This document shows, piece after piece, positions 1 through 7,277 of a DNA stretch of 24,149 nucleotides. Origin of the DNA: a virus (taxonomy: Duplodnaviria > Caudoviricetes). The DNA is taken from the IMG/VR virus record IMGVR_UViG_3300032295_001012, positions 1-24,149 of that record; one strand, 5' to 3'. The notes under the pieces are model-generated. The model was not told where the DNA came from, did no database searches, and saw only the letters and a list, made by a program, of their open reading frames with translations. Position 1 is the first letter of the stretch; the number at the start of each line of letters is the position of its first letter. The position numbers and the translations under genes were made by a program.

Positions 1-3000
1 GCATCCTGCAACTGCAATGCAATCGCGGACTGCCCGGTCGCCCGGAACCCGTCGATCATCGACCGCCACGCGGTGGACAGGTTCACCCGCTGCTGATCCG
101 ACATCGTGCCGCTCACGATCGACCGCATCTGCATCTGGTGGCGGCGCATGAAGTAGCCGTTGAGCGAGTGAATCTCCGCAACGCGCGCAGACCACTGTGC
201 CGGAGTGCGGAAACGCGAGGCACGACCGACGCCGCGCGCCCAGTATCCCGGCGGGATCTCGCTTCCGAGCCTGACCTGACCGCCGACGATGATCTTCGCG
301 TTGGTGGTCGGGCCGAGGGCGAGGGTCGCCCCGGTGACGTTGTTCGTCCACCTGTCGATCGCGTTGGACTGCGTCCGAGCCGTCGCGCCGACGCCGTTAG
401 CGAGGATGGCGCGCATTCCTGCCGCGGTTCCTGCACCCATCTGCCTGTCGATCAGTTCGACGATGTCCCCGTCTCCGAGCAGCGTCATCGCCTCGCGATA
501 CTCGGATGCCATATGCACCATGTCGAGCGCGACCTGAACGTGCCGTTCCCATCGCGAGAATGCGTCCTGAACCAGAAGCGGCTTGTTGCTCTCAAAACGC
601 TGCTGCATGAAGCCGACGTTCGTCAGCGCGCTTCTGATGAGGACGTTCGCCTGCTGCATCTCCGCTCCAGCCGCAGCGGCGTCCGTCACGCGGCTGATCG
701 GCCAGTAGCCCGGAACCTCCGGAGGCTGCTCACCAGTGATCTCGAAGTACGTCTGGAACAGACGAGGCTTGATCGTCTCCAGAACCTCCTTCATCTTCTC
801 GTACAGCGCGCGCTTCTCCGGCGCAATCGAGTTACGAAGCGCGATGATCTCCGAACGAGTCGGGAAAATCAGCCGAGTCGTCTTGGCCTCCTCGAACGTG
901 ATCGGCTGCTTCCTGTCTCCGGGATTGTCAGGGAACTGCGACAGAGTCTGGTCGTCCATCGCCGCAAGATCGAGCGCACGACCGAGCGACATGCTCACCT
1001 GCTGACCGCCGAGCGTAACCGTCACGATCTCCGCGGATGCCTCGCCCATCTTGCCCATCGCAAGCAGGAAATCAGGGAGCGTGGCGTATCCGGCTGCGCG
1101 GATGGTCGGTTCGAGGGAATTCAGGATCGACGCATACTCAAGCGAGGATTCGTTCTTGCCCTCCTGAAGCCTTCGGAGGATCTTGTAGAGAGCGCCCGAC
1201 TCGGTTCCCTCGACCTCAAGCGAGAGAGTGTAGAAATCGCTGTTGGCACGGGCGATGCGCTTGTACAGCGGGACGCGAAGACCTCTATCCGCTCGTTCCC
1301 TCTCGGAAAGAACGGGGCGCCCCTGCATGTTGGTGACGAGTTCCTGCTTCGTCTGCGCGATGAACTGAATTCGGGCAGCGCGCGCGGCGATGTACTGCTG
1401 CCTGTCGAGCGTGTACAGGAGATTGGCCTGCTCGACCAACGCGGCTGCATCGACCACGGCTGCGTACATATCGACTGCGTTGACAAGCACTGGGGCAGCA
1501 CCACGCTGCGTCTGGACGGCAGCGCGAAGTCGCTGCCCGCTCGTCGTCTTCAGTCCGGCCTCCGCCTGCGCCAGAAGTGCCTCGATCCTCGTCCGCGCCG
1601 CATAGGTCATGCCGCGCTTGTTGAACTTCTTTCGGAGATCGACGATCGCAGCGAGAGACTTCTTGATTTCCGAATCCACCGCAAGTTTCACCGCGTCTAC
1701 GGCGATCCTGTTGGCCTGCGCCAGCGTCTTGGCGTTGGCGATCTTGACGGCAAGCGGGCCGCGAAGGCTTTCCGGCAGCATCTTCGCCGCGTCGGCAGCG
1801 ATCCGGCGCACGGCGTCTGCCACCTGCTCCTTCTGGTCGGCACGCATCCGCGACATCTCGCGCAACTCGAACAACTGCCGCTGGAGCGTGTCCTCCCGCT
1901 GCGCCATCCGCTTCAGAACCTGCCGACGGCCCTCCATCACGCCCTGCACGCGACCCTTCGCGAGTCCCATGCCGTATGCGAAGTTGATCGCGCGCTGCGC
2001 AGCCGCAGCGTCCTGCTTGATCTGCCGACGAGCCTCGCGAAGAGCAGGCACGGCAGTGTTCAGCCGCTCCTCCACGATGGCAAGCCGCTCCGACAGTTTG
2101 CGGACGACGCGGCGTTCCTGCTTCTGCCCGGCCACCTGCCCGGACACCAAGCCCTCGCGACGACCGATGGCGTAGGCAAGGTCAATTCGTCCCTGCGCGG
2201 CAGCAGCCTCCTCCTCCATCGTGGCCTGCGTTTCTTCCAGCGCAGAACCGACCTCTCCGAGACGTTCCGTTAGTTTCCGAACTTCTCGGCGTCCCTTCCG
2301 CTGACCCTCGATCTCGCCAGCGACCAAGCCCTCGCGCCGACCGATGGCATACGCGAAGTCGATGGCGCGCTGCGCCGTCTCCTCCGCGTCAGCGAGGCGC
2401 TGCTCAAGGTTTTCGCCGCGACGAAGCGACCCGAGTTCCTGCTTCAGCGACTCCACGGATGCTTTCGCGGAGTCAAGACGGGTCTGCAACTTGGCGATCT
2501 GCGCGTCGGCAGCGGCCATGTCCTCCTTCGCCGCCTCGCGCTCCAGTTCCACGCGCATCTTGGCGCGGGTCGCCTGCAACGTTTTCTGCTCCGCGACGCG
2601 CTCCGCGGTCAGCAGGCGGCGTTCGAGGATACGAACCTCGCGGATGGCGTTGGTGCGCTGTGCAGCGGTGACGTTCTGCACGTCGCGGATCTGGCGCTGA
2701 AGCACGGCGATCTGTTCGCGCAGGCTGGCCGCTTCGGCATCGCTTTCGCGCGCCATGCTGATGCCGGGCGCGGAGGTAGGGCGCTCGTTGAAGACGGACT
2801 TGATCTGGTTGGAATCAAGCGCGATCCAACTATCGCCGCCACGCTCGACGACGTTCTTGTAGACAAAGCCATCAAATCCAAGTTTGCGAACATCAGCAGC
2901 AAATCGCTTCAGCGCGATGCTATTGCGCTTCTTGATCGGTAGTTCTCCGTATTGATCGCGAATCTCTTTGTAAATCCGTGCCGTGTATTGCATCGGAGTT

Positions 3001-6000
3001 TCGTCGATCAATCCCGATCTTGCTTTTGTCCGAGTTACAAGACGACGGCGCATGGCTTCGTCTGTATCCATCCCTTCTGGAACATCAAACTCAAATCGTT
3101 CCGGTTCGTATCGGAACAAGTTTGATTCCTTCCGCTTTGTTTTGAGATAAAACTGGTCAATCAAATCTCCAAACTCCCATCCACCAATATCACCAAACAA
3201 CACACTTCCTGTCTCTTCAATCCTGATCGGATTCTTGATGGACAGATACACCGGATAGATACGAGCGCCACCAGTCTGTGTTTCCCCGCCCATCCGCGTG
3301 CGCAACGCGCGGTTTGCAGAATCAGCGTTTGGAGTGAAGTGAAATCCAAGATCCTTGGTGATCTTGAATTCACCGAAATCCTTGGCAGCGCGTGTTGCGT
3401 GGTACACAACCAATGGTCGTCCCTGATCGTCAACGACCTTGCTGTCACCGAACCACTCGCGCCACTCGGGAGTGAATGACGACAGCGGGCGCGGTTCGCG
3501 CGCCATGCTGATGCCTGATGGCGTCGAAAGAATCTTTCGCGCCTCGATTTCATATTGCTGCTCATCTTGAATCAAAGTGAGCAATCGTCGGAACAGAGAC
3601 GCGGCGTCATCGAATCGTCCCTCGCCAACGGCAATGTTGGCTTGATTTGCCAGACGAATCGGCAACGTGATGTTCGGAATCTTTCGATGGGCGTTCGCAA
3701 AGTCGCGCAGGCGCGCATCAACCTCCGCCCGAATCTCTTCCACTGGTCTTCCAGTAGTGCGCGAATGATCGCGCAGATTCTCCATCATCTCCTTCTCAAA
3801 CCCGTAAGGCTGCGAAAGCAGTCCAAGCACGCGACGAGTCTTCAGAAACGGCTCGTTCAGCAGATTGGCCTGATCGAAGTCGGCAAGTCCTCCGGCGATT
3901 CGATTGACGATATCGCCGCCATGCTCGACAACTGTGTTCAGCACTCCTCCTCCAGTGGCATTCTGGACAAGGAGCATTGCGTCCTCTGGCTCTCCACGCT
4001 GCAATTCAGCGATGGAACGCATCGCCTGCTTTTGTTCGTCTGAAAGTTCGCGGGACATGCTGATGCCGGGCGCTCTCGACATCGTCTCTGCGTCGTCAAG
4101 GCCACCGACATCTCCGAATCGACTGCCGGGCTGGAATCCGAATTGCTTGTAGAACGCGACAAGCCTGTTGGCATACTCCGATCCCGGCTCTCCGGCAGGA
4201 GCAAGGAACAGAGTCGTGCCATCTCTGTCTGCCTGCGCAACGAGCGATCGCATCACGGATGAACCGATCCCGGTTCCGCGCTCACGCTCCGGAACATTCA
4301 GGTTTCCGACGAACACCTCACCGTCCCAGTCCTCCAGTACCAAGCGAACGCCGGAAGGAACCTCGACGGACTTGCGAAGCGTATCTGCCTTTCCGTTCGG
4401 AATCAGTCGAATCTCGTCGTCAGCACCGTCAATGTCGCGTGCCATCGACACTCCGGCTGGCTGCGCCTGCGGCGCCTGCGGAGCGGCGGGCTGCGCCTGT
4501 TCTGCCTCCGGCTGCGATGCCTGCTCGATCTCCGCAGGGATATCGACGCTCATGTCCTCCATCCACAGCAGCGTCCGTCCAAGCGGTGACAGTGTCGCGT
4601 CCGGCTTCACGCCCGCGGCCTTCTCGACGGCAGCGGCACGGGCGACGGCGTCGATCACCGACATCGCCCCGGCGACCTCGCGACCCATCAGGCCGCGGCG
4701 GGCTGCGAAACGAACGAGAGGCGACAGGACGCCGCGTCCGCCGACACGGGCAGCGGTCGGGCCAAACGCTTCCGCCTGACCCTCCTGCTCAAGACGCGCA
4801 GCGCCGATCCGGCTGACGGCAGCAGGAACCTCAACGTCCACGCCCTCGATCCCGGCAGCGGCGACCGCAGCCTGAATGCGTGCAAATGCGTCTGCGCGAC
4901 CCTTGGCCGCGGACTCCGCTTGTCCTTCCGCGTACTGCGCGCCTGCTGCGTAGATCGGGGCAAGACCGACCTGCTGCGAGTACGCCTCTGCAATCTCCGG
5001 ACGGAACATCTGGATGTCGTGGAACACCTCGTGGTACGCCTTGGCGCGCACGCTCGACATGTTGGCGTCGGCGTTGAGGTAGATCGTCCCGCGAGTCTCC
5101 AGCGTGTGGAAGCCGGGGCTGTTGAACTTCTTGCTCGACGGCCTAAACCACACGACCTTGATGCCAAGAGACTCCATCTCGCGCTGGATACGACCGCCAG
5201 TCTTCGGAGCCTTGACGGGCTTGATGTCCACGCCGACGCTTCTGCCGAGGTTGGACAGAACCTCGTCGCTCTGGCGCTGCATGACATCCATCGGCATGTC
5301 GGACAACTTCTCCGACACCGCCGCGTATGTCGCGTTGGCGATCATGTGGTCGTTCGTCAGCATCCGCAGTTCCGCGTCCGTCTCCTCGACCTGACGGCGG
5401 ATGTCGTCCACCGCCTCGGTCGGGTCGATGGACTGGCCGGGAGACAGTTCGAGGCCGACCGCAACGTCGGCGTCCGCACGGGCAGACTGCAACGCCCGCG
5501 TGGCCTCGTTGACGAGAGCCTGCGCATCCGTGACCGCCTGCTGCCGCTGCGCCGGGGTGACGATCTTGCGACCACGGCGGGCAACGCGCGGAACGCCAGC
5601 CTGCTCCTGCGCCAGTTGCATCTCGGCAAGCGCATCGCGCGCTGCCTGATAGTCGGCTTCCGCCCTGTCGAGCGCAGCCTGCGCCTCCGCGATCACTGCC
5701 TGCTGCGCCTCGCGGTTCTGCGCTCCCGCCTCGAACGTCCGCTGCGACTCCAGCGCGGGCGCAAGTGCAGCGTCAAGATCCTGACGGTGGGCAAGCAGCG
5801 ACTCGACCTTGGCTCTGATCTGCGCACGCCTGTCAGACAGTTCCCGCAGGAAGATGCCGCGCTCCTCCTGATTCATTCCGTTCAGGTTGTTCAGCGCGAC
5901 AGCAACCTCGGCCTGCTGCGTGTCGTCCAGTTCCTCCGTCCAGTTCGTCCGCGCCTTCATGGCGTCGGAGTGCAGTTGACGCAGGCGAATCTCCGCGTCC

Positions 6001-7274
6001 GTCTCCGGGCGGAATGCGTCCTGCCTGTTCTTGATGGCACGACCAGCGACCGCCCCGGTCACGCCGACGCCGCCGCCGATGCCTCCGGCGACACTGCCGA
6101 TGAAGGCGCTGTACAGGCCGTCGGACAGATCCTTGGACAGCGGAGCCTCGGTGAACGGGGCTTCAAGGATCGCTGCTCCCAGTTCCTCGGCACCTTCCTC
6201 GGCGGCAGACGTGGCGACAAGCCTCGCCGCATCACCGAAGAACCCGTTCCGGAACCGCATCGTCCCCTGCGACACGCGCGCGAACGCCTCCGCGCCAGCC
6301 TGCCCGGCCTTGCTTGCCATCGCCTTCTGCACGATGGGCGCACCGCGCTCTGACAGCGCGCCGAGCGCAGAACGACCGACCTTGCTGTTGACCATCTTCG
6401 CGCCGATCGTCCCGATGGCACGCCCGGCGAGTCCGGCGCCGACGACTTCCGTTCCGGTCTGGATCATGGCCGACGCCGTGGCGCGTCGCTGCATCTCGTC
6501 CACGCTGTACTGGGACAGTTCCTTGCCTTCCAGTGCCTCCTGCGCACGCTTGGCGTCGATCTCGTCGAGGTACGCCAACTGCCCGCCAGTCCATGCCGAC
6601 AGCGGGAGAGTCGCCTGCGACGCAATGTTGGCCGCGACCACCGGAAGCCCGGCACCGCCAGTGGCGATCGCCCCGGCGACCCCGGCGAACTGCGGCAGCG
6701 TCTGGCCGATGGCACGGGCAACGTCGCCCGTTACGCCCTGCTGCTGACCAGCCGCCATGCCTTCGGCAGCACCGCGGGCGGCGATCTGCTCCGTCCGCAG
6801 GTCGTCAACGGTCAGCCCCGAGCCGGACGGCTCCAGAGCCTGCGAGGCCATACGACCCATGACGGGAGCCATCGGGCGCGCGTAGGGCGCGGCAACGGCG
6901 AACCACGGGTCGAGAACCGACTCAAAGAACTTTGCCCGCAGGCCGGGAGTGGCGATTGCCTGCGCAGCCTGCGCCATAGTCTGGCGGAGTCCGCGCTCGA
7001 CTTCCCTCGGTTCCGCCTGAATCGAAGGGAACCGCAGCGCCTCCGGAAGCATCGGAAGCACTTCCGGGATCACCAACTCGTTCTGATAGTCCGCCGCCGC
7101 GATCTGCTGAAGATCCTGCTCCCCCGCCGCCGCGCCCGGAGCAGCACCCGGCTGCGCCGATGCCGCCGCCTTGGCGATCCTTTCAAACGGATCTGAAACC
7201 GCGCCCCCCGTGTCAAGACCAGCGGAAGAGGCGGCGTTCTTGATACGGTCAAACGCGGAGTCGAAGGTTGACAT
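1..7274 (-). CDS. Giant polyvalent / internal virion (ejection) protein, 3'-truncated by window edge (at least 2424 aa): zincin peptidase + GNAT + unknown domain + ART-PolyVal-like + coiled coil + long helical C-terminal region
   Basis: Not in ORF track. ATG at 7274-7272, 3 nt after the TAA of the upstream gene (MSTFDSAFDRIKNAASS...). Manual translation found no stop down to position 3 (...ATGQSAIALQLQDA). Long + strand ORFs at 138, 3555 and 4920 are its in-register antisense shadows. Position after nozzle and ejection genes is typical of podovirus large internal proteins. Confidence 0.9.
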   Translation of the reverse strand, partial: MSTFDSAFDRIKNAASSAGLDTGGAVSDPFERIAKAAASAQPGAAPGAAAGEQDLQQIAAADYQNELVIPEVLPMLPEALRFPSIQAEPREVERGLRQTMAQAAQAIATPGLRAKFFESVLDPWFAVAAPYARPMAPVMGRMASQALEPSGSGLTVDDLRTEQIAARGAAEGMAAGQQQGVTGDVARAIGQTLPQFAGVAGAIATGGAGLPVVAANIASQATLPLSAWTGGQLAYLDEIDAKRAQEALEGKELSQYSVDEMQRRATASAMIQTGTEVVGAGLAGRAIGTIGAKMVNSKVGRSALGALSERGAPIVQKAMASKAGQAGAEAFARVSQGTMRFRNGFFGDAARLVATSAAEEGAEELGAAILEAPFTEAPLSKDLSDGLYSAFIGSVAGGIGGGVGVTGAVAGRAIKNRQDAFRPETDAEIRLRQLHSDAMKARTNWTEELDDTQQAEVAVALNNLNGMNQEERGIFLRELSDRRAQIRAKVESLLAHRQDLDAALAPALESQRTFEAGAQNREAQQAVIAEAQAALDRAEADYQAARDALAEMQLAQEQAGVPRVARRGRKIVTPAQRQQAVTDAQALVNEATRALQSARADADVAVGLELSPGQSIDPTEAVDDIRRQVEETDAELRMLTNDHMIANATYAAVSEKLSDMPMDVMQRQSDEVLSNLGRSVGVDIKPVKAPKTGGRIQREMESLGIKVVWFRPSSKKFNSPGFHTLETRGTIYLNADANMSSVRAKAYHEVFHDIQMFRPEIAEAYSQQVGLAPIYAAGAQYAEGQAESAAKGRADAFARIQAAVAAAGIEGVDVEVPAAVSRIGAARLEQEGQAEAFGPTAARVGGRGVLSPLVRFAARRGLMGREVAGAMSVIDAVARAAAVEKAAGVKPDATLSPLGRTLLWMEDMSVDIPAEIEQASQPEAEQAQPAAPQAPQAQPAGVSMARDIDGADDEIRLIPNGKADTLRKSVEVPSGVRLVLEDWDGEVFVGNLNVPERERGTGIGSSVMRSLVAQADRDGTTLFLAPAGEPGSEYANRLVAFYKQFGFQPGSRFGDVGGLDDAETMSRAPGISMSRELSDEQKQAMRSIAELQRGEPEDAMLLVQNATGGGVLNTVVEHGGDIVNRIAGGLADFDQANLLNEPFLKTRRVLGLLSQPYGFEKEMMENLRDHSRTTGRPVEEIRAEVDARLRDFANAHRKIPNITLPIRLANQANIAVGEGRFDDAASLFRRLLTLIQDEQQYEIEARKILSTPSGISMAREPRPLSSFTPEWREWFGDSKVVDDQGRPLVVYHATRAAKDFGEFKITKDLGFHFTPNADSANRALRTRMGGETQTGGARIYPVYLSIKNPIRIEETGSVLFGDIGGWEFGDLIDQFYLKTKRKESNLFRYEPERFEFDVPEGMDTDEAMRRRLVTRTKARSGLIDETPMQYTARIYKEIRDQYGELPIKKRNSIALKRFAADVRKLGFDGFVYKNVVERGGDSWIALDSNQIKSVFNERPTSAPGISMARESDAEAASLREQIAVLQRQIRDVQNVTAAQRTNAIREVRILERRLLTAERVAEQKTLQATRAKMRVELEREAAKEDMAAADAQIAKLQTRLDSAKASVESLKQELGSLRRGENLEQRLADAEETAQRAIDFAYAIGRREGLVAGEIEGQRKGRREVRKLTERLGEVGSALEETQATMEEEAAAAQGRIDLAYAIGRREGLVSGQVAGQKQERRVVRKLSERLAIVEERLNTAVPALREARRQIKQDAAAAQRAINFAYGMGLAKGRVQGVMEGRRQVLKRMAQREDTLQRQLFELREMSRMRADQKEQVADAVRRIAADAAKMLPESLRGPLAVKIANAKTLAQANRIAVDAVKLAVDSEIKKSLAAIVDLRKKFNKRGMTYAARTRIEALLAQAEAGLKTTSGQRLRAAVQTQRGAAPVLVNAVDMYAAVVDAAALVEQANLLYTLDRQQYIAARAARIQFIAQTKQELVTNMQGRPVLSERERADRGLRVPLYKRIARANSDFYTLSLEVEGTESGALYKILRRLQEGKNESSLEYASILNSLEPTIRAAGYATLPDFLLAMGKMGEASAEIVTVTLGGQQVSMSLGRALDLAAMDDQTLSQFPDNPGDRKQPITFEEAKTTRLIFPTRSEIIALRNSIAPEKRALYEKMKEVLETIKPRLFQTYFEITGEQPPEVPGYWPISRVTDAAAAGAEMQQANVLIRSALTNVGFMQQRFESNKPLLVQDAFSRWERHVQVALDMVHMASEYREAMTLLGDGDIVELIDRQMGAGTAAGMRAILANGVGATARTQSNAIDRWTNNVTGATLALGPTTNAKIIVGGQVRLGSEIPPGYWARGVGRASRFRTPAQWSARVAEIHSLNGYFMRRHQMQMRSIVSGTMSDQQRVNLSTAWRSMIDGFRATGQSAIALQLQD
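1905..2369 (-). repeat. Three GxxxG helical peptide repeats within the coiled-coil region of the giant ORF
   Basis: AIDFAYAIGRREGLVAGEIEGQRKGRREVRKLTERL / RIDLAYAIGRREGLVSGQVAGQKQERRVVRKLSERL / AINFAYGMGLAKGRVQGVMEGRRQVLKR. Confidence 0.8.
2745..2771 (-). repeat. Inter-domain repeat copy 4 (APGISMARE)
   Basis: + strand ttcgcgcgccatgctgatgccgggcgc. Confidence 0.95.
2772..3494 (-). other. ADP-ribosyltransferase module (ART-PolyVal-like) within giant ORF (241 aa)
   Basis: WFGDSKVVDDQGRPLVVYHAT...GFHFT...IYPVYLSIKNP...LGFDGFVYKN...WIALDSNQIKSVFN matches the motif order of the polyvalent-protein ART family. Confidence 0.85.
3495..3515 (-). repeat. Inter-domain repeat copy 3 (GISMARE)
   Basis: + strand ttcgcgcgccatgctgatgcc, 21/21 identical to 2745-2765. 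Confidence 0.95.
3516..4046 (-). other. Unassigned, probably helical module within giant ORF (177 aa)
   Basis: Bounded by linker repeats; LQRGEPEDAMLLVQNATGGGVLNTVVEHGGDIVNR...YGFEKEMMENL...FANAHRKIP. No family I can name. Confidence 0.6.
4047..4073 (-). repeat. Inter-domain repeat copy 2 (APGISMSRE)
   Basis: + strand ttcgcgggacatgctgatgccgggcgc, 25/27 identical to 2745-2771. Confidence 0.95.
4074..4433 (-). other. GNAT acetyltransferase module within giant ORF (120 aa)
   Basis: VFVGNLNVPERERGTGIGSSVMRSLVAQAD (acetyl-CoA binding motif A, R/QxxGxG) and LVAFYKQFGF (motif B). Confidence 0.85.
4434..4454 (-). repeat. Inter-domain repeat copy 1 (GVSMARD), diverged in DNA
   Basis: + strand gtcgcgtgccatcgacactcc; similar peptide with different codons; follows a P/A/Q-rich linker. 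Confidence 0.8.
4770..5165 (-). other. Zincin-like metallopeptidase domain within giant ORF
   Basis: GIKVVWF...PGFHTLETRGTIYLNAD...AYHEVFHDIQ (HExxH at 5019-5033), with a downstream EQEGQAEAF (4770-4790) as candidate third zinc ligand; typical of the MPTase domain of polyvalent proteins. Confidence 0.75.
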
Positions 7275-7277
7275 TGG

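Noticed and set aside
2772-4433. Low-GC segment as an intein, intron or inserted mobile element
   Set aside because: No intein C/S...HN termini, no homing endonuclease or transposase motifs, and the frame is continuous.
2745-4454. Repeats as a CRISPR array or shufflon
   Set aside because: Spacers are 360-730 nt, unequal and protein-coding; the repeats are direct, not inverted; no cas or invertase gene in the window.
138-6353. Long + strand ORFs (138-2273, 3555-4043, 4920-6353; likewise 7293-8816, 10173-11654, 18768-20417, 20742-22589)
   Set aside because: In-register antisense shadows of real minus-strand genes, caused by GC-biased codon use; R/L/H-rich translations with no motifs.
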